Shown: positions 1 to 10,623, counted from the first letter of the stretch. The stretch: DNA of 64,000 bases from an uncultured delta proteobacterium (GCA_963840855.1 CAWJBB010000007.1:36559-100558), one strand, 5' to 3'. The notes: a model not told the origin generated them from the sequence alone. Numbers and translations are program-made.

Positions 1-2
1 AG

Positions 3-842
3 AGAATCCGCATCGGTAGCCCGTTTATCGTTCGCTCTTTCAACCCGCCCATCGCGGCGGCGGATGGGAAAACAGTCGTGGCCTTGCGCCGGCTCGGTAA
101 ACGTATCGTCTTCGAGCTGGAAGATGGCCTCTTTCTCGTTGTTCATCTGATGATCGCCGGCCGGTTTCACTGGAAGTCGAAAGGAGCAAAGATCGGACGC
201 AAGTATGGGCAGGCAGCTTTCGATTTTTCCAATGGGACGTTGCTTTTGACGGAGGCGGGCACCAAGAAGCGCGCGTCGATTCACCTCGTTCGCGGTGAAG
301 CCGCGTTGCGGGAACATGATCCCGGCGGACTGGAAATCTTCGACGCGACTCTGGATCAGTTCCGCGAAATGTTGACGCGTGAAAACCACACGCTGAAACG
401 CTCGCTCACAGATCCGCATTTCTTTAGCGGCATCGGTAACGCTTATTCCGACGAGATTCTTCATCGCGCCGGCCTCTCTCCGATTCGCATGACGCAACGC
501 ATGACCGACGCGGAGATAGAAACGCTCTTCAAAGCCGTTCGCGAGTCGCTGGCGGAATGGGTCGAACGGCTGCGCAAGGAACGAGGATCCGGCTTCCCCG
601 AAAAAGTGACGGCCTTCCGCCCCGACATGGCCGTCCACGGCAAGTACGGCAAGCCGTGCCCGGTGTGCGGTTCCCCGGTGCAGCGCATCGTCCACGCTGA
701 AAACGAGACCAACTATTGCGCGAAATGCCAGACGGGCGGAAAGCTATTAGCGGATCGCTCGCTTTCTCGTTTACTCAAAGAAGATTGGCCGAGGAGCTTG
801 GAGGAGTTGGAGGAGATGAAAGATCAAAGGCGTCGCGGTTGA
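3..842 (+). CDS. Fpg/Nei-family DNA glycosylase (5' end outside window)
   Basis: RRLGKR, HLMIAG, H2TH motif [11 protein letters not shown] and C-terminal zinc finger CPVC..YCAKCQ; frame is open to the left edge. Confidence 0.9.
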   Translation, partial: RIRIGSPFIVRSFNPPIAAADGKTVVALRRLGKRIVFELEDGLFLVVHLMIAGRFHWKSKGAKIGRKYGQAAFDFSNGTLLLTEAGTKKRASIHLVRGEAALREHDPGGLEIFDATLDQFREMLTRENHTLKRSLTDPHFFSGIGNAYSDEILHRAGLSPIRMTQRMTDAEIETLFKAVRESLAEWVERLRKERGSGFPEKVTAFRPDMAVHGKYGKPCPVCGSPVQRIVHAENETNYCAKCQTGGKLLADRSLSRLLKEDWPRSLEELEEMKDQRRRG

Positions 843-904
843 CGTATCCAGAATTCCAATGTCATCCGATTTGAATTCCACTGGTGTAATTCGGCAAAAT
901 TCTC

Positions 905-1993
905 CTACTTTTTTTCATCCTTTTTTTCTCGGGGTGAGATGCCCGATTGGCGCACGCGCATAACGCGTTGAAGTGTGTCGAACCAGAACGGCGCACCCAG
1001 CGACACTGCGAATATACTGACGAGCAGCCCGATTACTTTGGCGGGCCATTCGATTCGCGACGGCCATTCTTTCCATCCCATTGGGAGCCCCGCGGACTGC
1101 AAAGCAAGCTCCGCCTGCCGGACGGCCTTGCGTGCGTCCTCGATCTGCTGTTTCGCCGCACTGAGTCCGTCATCGGATTCCTCTTTCACCGGCTTGGGCG
1201 AGACTCCGGAACTTTGTTCGGCCGGTTTGGTTGCGTCTACAGTCTGTTGGTTGGTCGGTTTGGCTCGGTCCTCGGCTTGCTTTTTCTTATCCTGACCCGT
1301 GTTCTCGTCTGTGCCTTTGCTGTTTTTCCCCTCTCCTTCCATTGTTTTTTCATTGGCTTTTGCTTCCTCCAAACGTGTTTCTGCAATTGCGACCATCTTT
1401 GCCCGCGCCTCGGGATTCGAGGCGAGCGAGGTCGCGAGGACAATGGTGTCCACGTTCGCCACGGTCACAAACAGTGCCGATACTAGAAAAGCTACTTTCT
1501 GCTGGCGCCGCTTGACCCAGCCCGACGCACGATCCATCACCGCGTCAAAATGCTTCTCGACTGCGCTGCGGAAGGCAGCCGGATCTTTGCTTGTCTGCGC
1601 CACGAGTGCTTCAAGTGTCCCCTTGATGCGGTTGGTGTCCGGCATGCCCGGCAGTTTATCTACTGCTTCCTCCAGCGTCGTCACCGCGCCGTTCGCGGTC
1701 ATAACCAACGACTCCACCACCTGCGCGACGGTTTCGGGCGGAATATAGGAGGGTCGCGCCTTGTCGCCTTTGCTGAGCGCCAGTATGAGTGGATGACTGT
1801 AGAAGGCGTCGACGAATTTCTTGCCTTGCTTGAGTTCTCCAGCGAATAACTCGTTCAGCCCCGCCTCGAGATTCTTGCTACGCACACTGAGCCAGCTCGC
1901 CATTGCTTCGACGATGACGGTACAGGCCATAGCGAAGGAGAGATACACCGTTATGAGCCCGATCAGCACATCCAGCGTTCCTAGCCCCACCAT
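905..1993 (-). CDS. Hypothetical membrane protein with charged low-complexity linker
   Basis: 362-aa ORF; N-terminal TM, central TM and C-terminal TM with LGAPFWFD motif. Confidence 0.75.
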   Translation of the reverse strand: MVGLGTLDVLIGLITVYLSFAMACTVIVEAMASWLSVRSKNLEAGLNELFAGELKQGKKFVDAFYSHPLILALSKGDKARPSYIPPETVAQVVESLVMTANGAVTTLEEAVDKLPGMPDTNRIKGTLEALVAQTSKDPAAFRSAVEKHFDAVMDRASGWVKRRQQKVAFLVSALFVTVANVDTIVLATSLASNPEARAKMVAIAETRLEEAKANEKTMEGEGKNSKGTDENTGQDKKKQAEDRAKPTNQQTVDATKPAEQSSGVSPKPVKEESDDGLSAAKQQIEDARKAVRQAELALQSAGLPMGWKEWPSRIEWPAKVIGLLVSIFAVSLGAPFWFDTLQRVMRVRQSGISPREKKDEKK

Positions 1994-2017
1994 GTCATTT
2001 CCCCCTTGCTAGCGGTG

Positions 2018-2608
2018 TCACATCATCGGGATGTAACCTGGCTGTGCTTTTACCCGTTCAATCCACGCCCTGATCGCCGGAAAATCGTCCAGCGGAAAGC
2101 CGCCTTCCTGTGCGACGTGGGTATAAGCGAAGAGGGCGATGTCGGCGATGGAATAACCGCCGACGAAGAAATCGTTTTTGGCCAGGTGGTTTCCTATCAC
2201 GTTAAGTGCCGCCCAGCCGCCGTCGCGTTTTGCTGCCAGCATCGCCGTACGTTCCGGTGAGTCTGGCTTGTGTTGCAGCCAGAAGCGCGAAGTGGCGATG
2301 AAAGGCTCGTGGCTGTATTGCTCGAAAAACAGCCATTGAAAGACCAAGGCGAATGCTTTCCGCTCGTCGGGAAGGTACTTGGTGCCGCGGGCAAGATGGG
2401 CGAGGATGGCGTTGGACTCGGCGAGAATGAACCCGTCGTCGTCCAGCACCGGCGTGCGACCGTTGGGGTTGATCTTCAAAAAATCAGCTGTGCGGCTTGC
2501 GCCTTTGAGGATATCGACTTCGACGATCTCGCAGGAGACGCCCAAGTGCGCGAGCAGCAGGCGCACTTTATATGAGTTGCCGGAGTACGAAACGTTGTAT
2601 AACTTCAT
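2018..2608 (-). CDS. Glutathione S-transferase family protein
   Basis: SGNSYKVRL, INPNGRTPVL, ESNAIL, YSIADIALF motifs. Confidence 0.93.
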   Translation of the reverse strand: MKLYNVSYSGNSYKVRLLLAHLGVSCEIVEVDILKGASRTADFLKINPNGRTPVLDDDGFILAESNAILAHLARGTKYLPDERKAFALVFQWLFFEQYSHEPFIATSRFWLQHKPDSPERTAMLAAKRDGGWAALNVIGNHLAKNDFFVGGYSIADIALFAYTHVAQEGGFPLDDFPAIRAWIERVKAQPGYIPMM

Positions 2609-2617
2609 AGCGTTGAC

Positions 2618-2766
2618 CGTTCAAGTCGTTCAAAACGTTCAAGCCGTTCAAATCGTTATAAGGATCACGGAATTTAAAGACGGCCAGACAAAACAATCAT
2701 TCAAACCGGCCTTTTCCTACTCCCTATACGGTTTGAACGACTGGAACGACTTGAACATTTTGAACG
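2618..2766. repeat. Inverted array of 9-nt CGTTCAA(N2) units around a ~75-bp core
   Basis: CGTTCAAGT/CGTTCAAAA/CGTTCAAGC/CGTTCAAAT at 2618-2653; inverse units (TTGAACG) at 2731-2766. Confidence 0.85.
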
Positions 2767-2780
2767 CTCTAGGCTTTCGC

Positions 2781-3918
2781 CTAGAGCTGGGGCTCTAGGA
2801 TTTCCAATCCGTCGTAGCGGTCCATTAAATACAGCTTGCCGTCCTTGTCGTGGAAGACGTCGTTGCTCATGACGACTTTCTGGCCTTTGCCGGGATTCGG
2901 GATGTAGTAGCCGACTTCCGTCGGGATATACGGATTGGAGAAATTGACGGCCCGGAGGCCGCCGCCGAACCAGGTGACGTAAAGCGTGTTGCCGTAAACC
3001 TGTTCCGCAGGCTGGTGCGCGCCGAAGCGGAATTCGCCCGTCGACTTGCCGTCGAATGGCACGATGAACGTCGCCACCGGCAGCGGCAATTCTTCTTTGG
3101 TGATATCGACGACCCAGAGAAACGCGTTGTGCGTATCGTTGAGCTTTTCGCCGACTTCTTCATCGGTGACGATTAGCCAGTCGCGCTCCATTATCTTGTT
3201 CAGCATCGGCAAAGTGGTGTGCGTCGGGCAAGGGTAGGGAGGGCTCCAGTCCAGCGTGCTGATCGTTTTCGGCTTGCTCAAATCGGAAATATCGACGATG
3301 GCGAATCCGCCGTGCCAATAGCTGATATAGAGCCGGTCGCCGCGCCGAATCGGATGGTGGCAGCGCGTGTCCGCGCCTTTAAAGGTGGGTTTTTCGCCTC
3401 CTGCGACCCACTGCCCCGGCATCCACCAGCGGCAGACTTCTTCGGGCTTCTGCTGGATTTTTCATGTCCAACATCATGGCGATATTGCCCTGGTAGCCCT
3501 CTACAGTGGGTGAGATGTAAGCGTAGCGCCCGTCAAAGGTGAATCGGTGCACGCCTTTCCCCGGAGTTTTGTAGAAGCCGATCTCGCGCGGCTTGGTCTT
3601 GTCCGAAATATCGAAAATTTTGAGCCCGGACTGAAGCGCTTGCTTGGCCTGATAACGCTCGTAGTTGACCAGCATCACGTCGCCGCTCACGCGCACTTTG
3701 TGCGAGTGCAGCCCTTCGGGAATTTCCAGATGGGCGACGACTTTTAGATTCTTCGGATCGCGCACATCGATGATCGAAGTACCGTGCGGTGGGTCCATGT
3801 GGCCAACGTAAGCGTAACCGTTGTCCACGACGACCGAGCCGCCGCCCGGTAGGTCCATTCTGCCGATCTGTTTGATGTTCTTGCTTACGCCGATCGGTGC
3901 CGCGCTATTCGATGCCAT
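2781..3918 (-). pseudogene. LVIVD-repeat beta-propeller protein split by a +1 frameshift near 3450
   Basis: ORFs 3379-3951 and 2781-3422 are the N- and C-halves of a homolog of 50065-51258; deleting one base near 3450 restores NPAKPEEVCRWWMPGQW; RBS GAGGAGG precedes ATG 3918. Confidence 0.8.
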
Positions 3919-3945
3919 ACGTTCCTCCTCTTGGTTGATTCTGAA

Positions 3946-4018
3946 GTTCAAGATCGTTCAATAGGTTCAAATCGTTCAAAACGTTTTGAACGGCTTAAAC
4001 GGCTTGAACGGCTTGAAC
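3946..4018. repeat. Palindromic 9-nt-period GTTCAA/TTGAAC array
   Basis: Centre GTTCAAAACGTTTTGAAC flanked by repeated units; overlaps the 3' end of the isochorismatase gene. Confidence 0.85.
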
Positions 4019-4666
4019 TCCTTGATTCTTATTCCTTGCAGTGTTGATCATTTCTATGACCTGATCCGTCGTGCGCACTCGCGACATGCGCGGGAAAATC
4101 AGTTCCATCAGCGTGTCATGGGCGCGCTGGTCGTGGGAGGTGCCGCAGGCATCGCTGACGACGATCATGTTGTAGTCCAGATCGCGGCCCGAATACAAGG
4201 TCGAGGTGACGCCGACGTCGGTGGAGCCGCCGGAAACAATGAGGGTGTCGATGCCGCGGGTACGCAGCGCAAGATCGAGATAGGTCTGGAAGAACGCGCT
4301 CCAGCGGTACTTCACGATGTAGTAGTCTTCGGGCTTTGGTTCCAAGTCGGCGAGCACATCGGAGCTTTTGTCCCCGGCGATGACATGCATTTTGGTCCTG
4401 GTCACTTCGCCGTTGGGCCAAGGCGTCAGCGAATTGTTGGTGTCGGTGCGGATTAACGCGCTTGTCGCGCCATCGGGCCGATGGTTGCCCTTGGCGAAAA
4501 AGACCGGCAGCCCCGCGGCGCGGCCGGCTTTGCTGAGCCTGACGGCGTTTTGGATCCAGGGTTTAAGCGCCCGCGGCTTGCCCGGCTCCGGCTCGGCAAT
4601 GTAGCCGTTGAGAATGTCGAAAAAAAGCAGGGCGGTTTTCTTGGGGTCGAAATCGTTGATGTTCAT
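3995..4666 (-). CDS. Isochorismatase-family hydrolase (YecD-like, Cys replaced by Gly)
   Basis: TALLFFDILN, KYRWSAF, GGSTDVGV, VSDAC motifs. Confidence 0.88.
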   Translation of the reverse strand: MNINDFDPKKTALLFFDILNGYIAEPEPGKPRALKPWIQNAVRLSKAGRAAGLPVFFAKGNHRPDGATSALIRTDTNNSLTPWPNGEVTRTKMHVIAGDKSSDVLADLEPKPEDYYIVKYRWSAFFQTYLDLALRTRGIDTLIVSGGSTDVGVTSTLYSGRDLDYNMIVVSDACGTSHDQRAHDTLMELIFPRMSRVRTTDQVIEMINTARNKNQGVQAVQAV

Positions 4667-4692
4667 GTTGGTCTCCTTGTGAAATACGTGAC

Positions 4693-4747
4693 TGTCTAGA
4701 GTCTGAGTCTAAGGTCTCGTGATATCGCAGGAGACTCGAGACCCGAC
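4693..4747. repeat. Short-period GAGTCT/GAGACTC inverted repeat
   Basis: tgtctagagtctgagtctaaggtctc ... gagactcgagacccgaca. Confidence 0.6.
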
Positions 4748-4758
4748 ATTTTTAGTTA

Positions 4759-5517
4759 CTAGCGGATCTTAATTCCTCGCTTCTCCTTCTCCTCTACTAC
4801 CTTCGAACCTCTCTCGGCGTACCATTCGATCTGGCGAAACATGCCGGTCAAGATTCTGACGTCCTTGTCTTCGAGTCCGGCGCGCCCAAGAAAGCGGCGG
4901 AACGCCAAAAGCATATGCTCCGGGTTCTCGGAATCCAGAAAGCCGATTTTTAATAACGAAGCCCTCATGATGTCAAACAGTCGCTCGACATGTTCGGCTT
5001 GGGCGCGCTGGATCGCCGCATGCGGTACTTCCGTCATGGACGCAATGAATATTTCATAAAGACAAACCACGGCTGCTTGCGCAACGTTGAGCGATTGATA
5101 ATCAGAGTGGGTCGGGATCGTAATGAGCAACTGGCAAGCCTCAATATCCTTGTTGCTGAGGCCGTGATCTTCGGGGCCGAGAACCAACGCCACCTTGCCG
5201 GCCTCCAGAGCAGCGGCGATTTCCGGCGCGATTTCTCGCGGTGGCTGGCTATGATTGCGGTAGAGACCCGAGCGCGCCGTGGTGCCGACGATAAGATGGC
5301 AGTCGGCAGTCGCTTGGCGGATCGTCTCATAGCATTGCGCTTCGCTGAGGACATCCCGGCCGTGCACGGCCATGGCGCGGGCCCAGAAACTGCGCGTGCG
5401 CGCGCTACCGACAATGGCCAGCTCGCGCGCGCCGAAATTTTTCATGACCCGCGCAATGGAGCCGATATTGCCGGAGCCGCGCGGGCGAACAAGAACGACG
5501 CGCAAGTTATTCAACAT
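4759..5517 (-). CDS. trmJ: TrmJ/LasT-family SPOUT RNA methyltransferase
   Basis: NIGSIARVMKNFG, VGTTAR, GPEDHGLSN, SLNVAQA motifs. Confidence 0.9.
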   Translation of the reverse strand: MLNNLRVVLVRPRGSGNIGSIARVMKNFGARELAIVGSARTRSFWARAMAVHGRDVLSEAQCYETIRQATADCHLIVGTTARSGLYRNHSQPPREIAPEIAAALEAGKVALVLGPEDHGLSNKDIEACQLLITIPTHSDYQSLNVAQAAVVCLYEIFIASMTEVPHAAIQRAQAEHVERLFDIMRASLLKIGFLDSENPEHMLLAFRRFLGRAGLEDKDVRILTGMFRQIEWYAERGSKVVEEKEKRGIKIR

Positions 5518-5627
5518 AAGGCAATAGGCAACGGGTAATAGAACGGGAGGCGTGAGGCGGAAGGCGACAGGCGCGAGTCAGACCAGATTGATTTATTTTC
5601 TCATGCCTCATGCCTCTCGCCTCATGC
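5518..5627. repeat. 7-nt-period AGGC(N3)/GCCT inverted repeat array
   Basis: aggcaataggcaac ... aggcgtgaggcggaaggcgacaggcg ... catgcctcatgcctctcgcctcatgc. Confidence 0.7.
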
Positions 5628-6281
5628 TTATTTCGCAAACGGGCAATTCCTATTTTTTAAGATTACGTTGCGGTTTTTCATGTCGAATTCGGTGCGGTAA
5701 TCGAAAGTCTCGTTCATGATAGACTGCCCGTCGGTGACATGCTCCGCGCCGAAGATGTGGCCCAGCTCGTGAATCAGCGCGACGCTATCGTATGTCAGAT
5801 CCGCCGATGGACCGCCGTAGCGAAACACTTCCCGCACCGGCACGATGACATAATATCCCAAGCCGTCTCGGCAGTTGCCAATTTTGTCGACGCGAGGCCG
5901 CCCCGCGCCGGTGTAGCGGCTCACCGACTCGCCGGTGAAGGCTATGATCAGGTCGTGACCGGCTTCTTTGCGTTCGAGGGGAAAGTCCCGTTTGAGCCTG
6001 ACCATAAGATCGGCGGTTGACGGTATTCTTTCCTGACTGGGCCAGGCGGCGGCGCTCTGGGTGATAAATCGGACATTAAACTCGCGCTCGTAATAATCCG
6101 ACGCAGCCTCCACCAGGCCGCGCAGCTCTTTTTCCCAGCCGGAATTGCGCTGTCTGATGGCCGGGTCGGCGAGTACTTTGACCCGCACAACGCGCTGCGG
6201 CGGACCGTCGCTCAGAACCCCGCAGGAAGCGAAAACAAGTGCGCTAAGGATGCAGCAAATTATCCGTCGGCGCGTAGTCAT
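5628..6281 (-). CDS. Lipoprotein metzincin (M12B/reprolysin-like) zinc peptidase
   Basis: Lipobox FASC, HELGHIFGAEH zinc motif, SIM Met-turn; start uncertain (ORF extends to 6332). Confidence 0.8.
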   Translation of the reverse strand: MTTRRRIICCILSALVFASCGVLSDGPPQRVVRVKVLADPAIRQRNSGWEKELRGLVEAASDYYEREFNVRFITQSAAAWPSQERIPSTADLMVRLKRDFPLERKEAGHDLIIAFTGESVSRYTGAGRPRVDKIGNCRDGLGYYVIVPVREVFRYGGPSADLTYDSVALIHELGHIFGAEHVTDGQSIMNETFDYRTEFDMKNRNVILKNRNCPFAK

Positions 6282-7758
6282 CGGTGAGCACAGGTACATC
6301 TTTGTCGGCCAGCGGTCCGTCGTAGTAGGCAATGGCGAGGTCCTTGAGCGGGTCGGGAAAAAGGCCTTTGTCGAGAGCGGCGGCGCGCTTGAGGATGTCT
6401 TTAATATCCAGGCGTTGCCTATCTCTCGTGGCGATGATGATCACGTTTTGGATCGTTTCGATGCTGACGTTCTCGGGCCGGCGCGCGGCGAAGATATAGG
6501 TTTGCGGAAAGATCTGCCGCTGCGTCTTCACGAAGGCGCGGGCGATCTTTCCGCTGGGCCCCGTGACGGCACTGATGAGATTGGCGACGATGATTCCGTT
6601 GGGTGTTAGTTTTCGCTGCGCCAGTTCGAAGAATTCCTTGGTGGCGAGGTGAAACGGCATGGCGTCGGTGTAGTAGGCGTCGAGCATGATGATGTCGTAT
6701 TGGTGCGCTGTGCGGGTCAGGAATAGCCGGCCGTCCTGCGCGTGAATCCGGAGGTTCTTACTTTCGCGCACGTTGAAATGGTTTTTGGCGATTTGCACGA
6801 CTTCCGGGTCGATCTCGACGGCGTCGATTTCCATCGTGGGGAATTCTTTCTGCACTTTCTTCGGAATCGATCCGCCGCCCAGGCCGATGAGCAGCATTTT
6901 CTTGGCGTCTGGGCGAAAGGCGAAGCCTAGAGAGGTATAGCGGGAATAAACCAGCCTGAGCGCCGAGGGATCTTTGAGATTCATGGCGCTTTGCAGCGTC
7001 CGGTCGAAGTACATGTACCGCGCTTCTTCGTCCTCTTCGACGCGGATACGGTGATAAAAAGTGTCTTTTTCCAAGAGCGTTTTGATCTTGGCCCAAAGCA
7101 GCGACGGCCAGGGCACGATGATCGAACCAATGATCGAAAGCGCAGTTACGGCGCGCCCCACGGTAGCGCCGCGGAGCCGCACGAGAGGCACCACGAGCAG
7201 GGAGAGGCAAGCCAAAGTCATACCTAGCGCGTGAATAATGTTACTCACACCCATGATCGGTATCAAGTAAAAAGCGGTGAGCAAGGTGCCGAAAATGCTG
7301 CCGCAGGTGGACACGGCGTAAAGCGTGCCCGCCGTGCTGCCCACGGTGGAGAGCTGAGTCGCCGCAAGACGGATTACATAGGGAGAAATCATTCCCAGGA
7401 AAACACCCGGTGGCAAGAAATAGATGCTGCAGGCGATCAAGGGACTCAGGCGAATGCCCAAATCGGCGCTCGCAACCCACTCGTTGACCGTGGGGTAGAT
7501 GAACGGCAAGACGAAAATAAGGGCGCCGGGAATCAACAGCAACGCGAGCAGCCGCCCGTAGGAAGGTTCGCGGGTGGAAAGCCAGCCGCCCCAGTAGTAA
7601 CCGGTGCTAAGCGCGGCCATGACGACGGAGATCAAGCTGCCCCAGACGAAAATCGAGCTGCCGAAGTGGGGGGCCAGCACGCGGCTCCCGGCGATTTCCA
7701 AACCCATCAGCACGGCGCCGCTGACAAAGACGATTATATAATGCAGAGATTGCACCAT
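6244..7758 (-). CDS. Fused membrane domain/spermidine synthase-like SAM-dependent protein
   Basis: N-terminal TM helices (GAVLMGLEIAGSRVLAPHFG), IGLGGG, VEIDPEV, DGRLFL, LTDDYAP. Confidence 0.88.
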   Translation of the reverse strand: MVQSLHYIIVFVSGAVLMGLEIAGSRVLAPHFGSSIFVWGSLISVVMAALSTGYYWGGWLSTREPSYGRLLALLLIPGALIFVLPFIYPTVNEWVASADLGIRLSPLIACSIYFLPPGVFLGMISPYVIRLAATQLSTVGSTAGTLYAVSTCGSIFGTLLTAFYLIPIMGVSNIIHALGMTLACLSLLVVPLVRLRGATVGRAVTALSIIGSIIVPWPSLLWAKIKTLLEKDTFYHRIRVEEDEEARYMYFDRTLQSAMNLKDPSALRLVYSRYTSLGFAFRPDAKKMLLIGLGGGSIPKKVQKEFPTMEIDAVEIDPEVVQIAKNHFNVRESKNLRIHAQDGRLFLTRTAHQYDIIMLDAYYTDAMPFHLATKEFFELAQRKLTPNGIIVANLISAVTGPSGKIARAFVKTQRQIFPQTYIFAARRPENVSIETIQNVIIIATRDRQRLDIKDILKRAAALDKGLFPDPLKDLAIAYYDGPLADKDVPVLTDDYAPTDNLLHP

Positions 7759-7760
7759 GG

Positions 7761-9809
7761 TTAATTCTCCCAGCCCCAATCCTTCTCTTCGTTGACCAGC
7801 GACATCGGCTCGAGTAAATCGCCGGAGATCCCTTCGATGAACTGCGAAGGACGCGAGAGCACCATGCGCAGACCGCGGTCGAAGATTCTTATCGGGTAGG
7901 TGATAAACAAATTTTCCTTGGCCCGCGTCGCGGCGACGTAAAGCAAGCGGCGTTCTTCCTCCAGGTCATGGTCGGTGCTGATGTTATAGAACGAAGGAAA
8001 GCGTCCTTCCAAGGCCCAAATGATAAACACCGAATGCCACTCCAGGCCTTTGGCGGAATGAATCGTCGAGAGCACCAACGGACCCTCGTCGGGGTCCACC
8101 GCCAGCACGCCGGCAACACTGTCGTTGGGCGGTTCCAATGCCATGTCGCTCAACAAGCGCTCCAGACTGCGATAGCGCTCGGTGATGCCGTAGAAATGTT
8201 CCAGGTCCTTGAGCCGCTTCGGATGGTCGTCGGGGTGATTGTGCTTGAGAATGGGCAAATAGTATTGCATGAGGTATTGCACCTGCTCGGCGGGCCGCTC
8301 CCCTTCGGTGGCACCCTGAAGAACTTGCGCCAGGGTTTTGAGTTCCATCGCAACCTTTCCCTTGGCCTCGAAGGTACGCAGCCGCTCGACGGGCTGGCTG
8401 CCGTCGAGCAGCCAACGAGTTATCTTCTGGCTCATCTGCGCGCCGACGCCTCCGAGCAGCAACAGGATACGGTTCCAGGAAATCGCATCATGGGGATTGG
8501 CGAGCACGCGCAGATGCGCGAGCAAATCCTTGATGTGGGTGGTTTCCATGAACTGAAAGCCGCCGCGCTTGATGAACGGGATATTGTGCCGCACCAGCTC
8601 GATTTCCAGATCAAAGGAGTGGAAGCTCGAGCGAAACAGCACGGCCATGTCCCAGAGCGGCACGCCTTCTTCGCGCAGCTCCAAAATCTTCTGGCATACG
8701 AAGCGCGACTGCATCTGCTCGCTTTCCGCCTGGACCAAAATCGGCGTCTCGCCCTCCTGCTTGCGCGTGTAGAGCTTTTTTTCGTAGCGCTCTTTGGCCC
8801 GCTGGATGATCTCGTTGGTTAAATTCAATATGGGCTGGGTGCTGCGGTAGTTCTCTTCGAGTTTGACAAGGCGGGTTCCCGGAAACGCGTCGGGGAAATC
8901 CATGATATTGCGAAAATCGGCGCCGCGAAACGAATAGATGCTCTGAGCGTCGTCGCCGACCACCGCGACGTTGTCATGGGCGGCGGCGAGCAGGCGAACA
9001 ATCTGCGCCTGCAGGTGGTTGGTGTCCTGGTACTCGTCGACCATGATGAAGCGGTAGTTTTCCGAAAGGCGGCGGCGCACCCCTTCATGGCTCGCCAGCA
9101 AATGCCGGAGCTTGGTTAACAGATCATCGTAATCAACCAGCGTCTTGGTAGACTTGTACTCGGCATACCCGTTGTAGAGCCGCAGCAGGTCTTCGAGGGA
9201 CTCGTATAGGTGGGGATACTCATTTTCAATCAGCTCAGCCACGGTGGTCTGTTTGTTCAGCGCCATGCTGAAAATTTCCGCGACGGTTTGCTTGCGCGGA
9301 AAACGTTTGTCTTTATGATGGAGCCCCATTTCGCTGCGCAGCAGCTGGATGGCGTCTTCGCTGTCCGAGCGATCCATGATCGTAAACGACGGTGGCAGAT
9401 CGATGCGGCTGCCGTACTGGCGCAGGACCAGGTTGGCGAAGGAATGAAACGTGCCGCCGGCAACCCGGCTGCAACGGTTGTCGATGAGCACGCTGGCGCG
9501 GCGCAGCATCTCTTCGGCGGCGCGCCGGGTGAAGGTCAAAAGCAGAATTGAGCGCGGATCGACTCCGATATCGATCAGATGCGCGACGCGGTAAACCAGC
9601 GTGCGTGTCTTCCCGGTGCCCGCGCCGGCGATGATCAACAGGGGCCCCTCCACCATCGTCGCCGCCTGGTATTGAGATTCGTTAAGCTCCTTGCGGTAAT
9701 CCAGCTTAGAGGACGGCGCGAACGTCGGGATGGTGTTTTTGAGAACGTACCGTTTGGCCAAGGGAACTCCGATTGCGAGTAAATTAGCGGTTTTCCTTTG
9801 GAGCGGCAA
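7761..9809 (-). CDS. UvrD/PcrA-like SF1 ATP-dependent DNA helicase
   Basis: AGAGTGKT, VDEYQD, GDDAQSIY, ENYRST, TIHSAKGLEW, EERRLLYVAATRA; true start likely ~50 nt downstream of 9809. Confidence 0.93.
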   Translation of the reverse strand: MPLQRKTANLLAIGVPLAKRYVLKNTIPTFAPSSKLDYRKELNESQYQAATMVEGPLLIIAGAGTGKTRTLVYRVAHLIDIGVDPRSILLLTFTRRAAEEMLRRASVLIDNRCSRVAGGTFHSFANLVLRQYGSRIDLPPSFTIMDRSDSEDAIQLLRSEMGLHHKDKRFPRKQTVAEIFSMALNKQTTVAELIENEYPHLYESLEDLLRLYNGYAEYKSTKTLVDYDDLLTKLRHLLASHEGVRRRLSENYRFIMVDEYQDTNHLQAQIVRLLAAAHDNVAVVGDDAQSIYSFRGADFRNIMDFPDAFPGTRLVKLEENYRSTQPILNLTNEIIQRAKERYEKKLYTRKQEGETPILVQAESEQMQSRFVCQKILELREEGVPLWDMAVLFRSSFHSFDLEIELVRHNIPFIKRGGFQFMETTHIKDLLAHLRVLANPHDAISWNRILLLLGGVGAQMSQKITRWLLDGSQPVERLRTFEAKGKVAMELKTLAQVLQGATEGERPAEQVQYLMQYYLPILKHNHPDDHPKRLKDLEHFYGITERYRSLERLLSDMALEPPNDSVAGVLAVDPDEGPLVLSTIHSAKGLEWHSVFIIWALEGRFPSFYNISTDHDLEEERRLLYVAATRAKENLFITYPIRIFDRGLRMVLSRPSQFIEGISGDLLEPMSLVNEEKDWGWEN

Positions 9810-9832
9810 GGCCCGACGCGCGGATACTATCC

Positions 9833-9930
9833 AAGTTCAACATTCAAGGTTCAATGTTCCGGATCAACCTCGGAGCCGTGAACGATTGACTTTGAACCCA
9901 TTCGGCAAGCTCAGGACAGGCGTTGAACCT
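9833..9930. repeat. 7-nt TTCAA array with an embedded REP (TTCGGCAAGCTCAGGACAGG)
   Basis: gttcaacattcaaggttcaatgttc ... tttgaac[ccattcggcaagctcaggacagg]cgttgaacct. Confidence 0.75.
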
Positions 9931-9985
9931 CCCTGATAGTTTTTATCGTTGCCTTGGCGTAAAATTATTCCAGGACGATCATGCC

Positions 9986-10618
9986 ATGACGGAGAGGATC
10001 GTTAGAACAAACCTGAAAATATTGGCGCGCGCGTTATTGTTCGTCGCGCTTGCTGTGGGTTACGGCTCGGCACAGGAGCGCGGCACGCTCAGCGAATTTC
10101 GCGACGAAGAGTTCGGTTACCGTTTTCTTTATCCGGCAGAATGGAAGTTGGACTCGCTTCCCGAAGGCGAGGCGAATCCGGGAATGCGAGTGCGGCTGCG
10201 AGGGGTCGCGGGAAGCTCGTTCGTTGTGATCATCGAACGAACCGGCCAACCGCTATCCAAGCTTGAGTTTCAGGCGGATCGGAACGCGGAAAAACGGATC
10301 GAGGCGATGATGCGCCAGACTTTGGATCAAACATACCGCGCCGTCAGCAAGAGCCTCGGCGCTCTGGCCATGAAAACTGGCGAAAAACGCAACCTGAGCG
10401 ACGACTATGCGATCAAGTATTACCTAGCGACGCTGAACCAGATGAAAACCGGCAGTCCGGTCGTCGTGGCGGGCACCCATGCCTATCCGTTTTCTAAAGA
10501 CTATTCGGTGAATTTCATCATGACGGCATTTCATCGCGGCAACGCCGCGGAAAACCAGCTCCTCAGCACAGTTTTCAATTCCTTCCGCTTGCTCGACCCT
10601 GCGGCCCCGCCCAAGTAG
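9986..10618 (+). CDS. Hypothetical secreted protein
   Basis: Signal-peptide-like N-terminus (ALLFVALAVGYGSA); FRDEEFGYRFLYPAEW resembles the start of PsbP-like domains. Confidence 0.7.
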   Translation: MTERIVRTNLKILARALLFVALAVGYGSAQERGTLSEFRDEEFGYRFLYPAEWKLDSLPEGEANPGMRVRLRGVAGSSFVVIIERTGQPLSKLEFQADRNAEKRIEAMMRQTLDQTYRAVSKSLGALAMKTGEKRNLSDDYAIKYYLATLNQMKTGSPVVVAGTHAYPFSKDYSVNFIMTAFHRGNAAENQLLSTVFNSFRLLDPAAPPK

Positions 10619-10623
10619 GCCCC

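Noticed and set aside
2618-4018. Short repeat arrays as possible CRISPR
   Set aside because: Units are 7-9 nt, contiguous and inverted, with no spacers and no cas genes
3995-4666. Missing catalytic Cys in the isochorismatase as a novelty
   Set aside because: Cys-to-Gly is already known in the YecD-like subfamily
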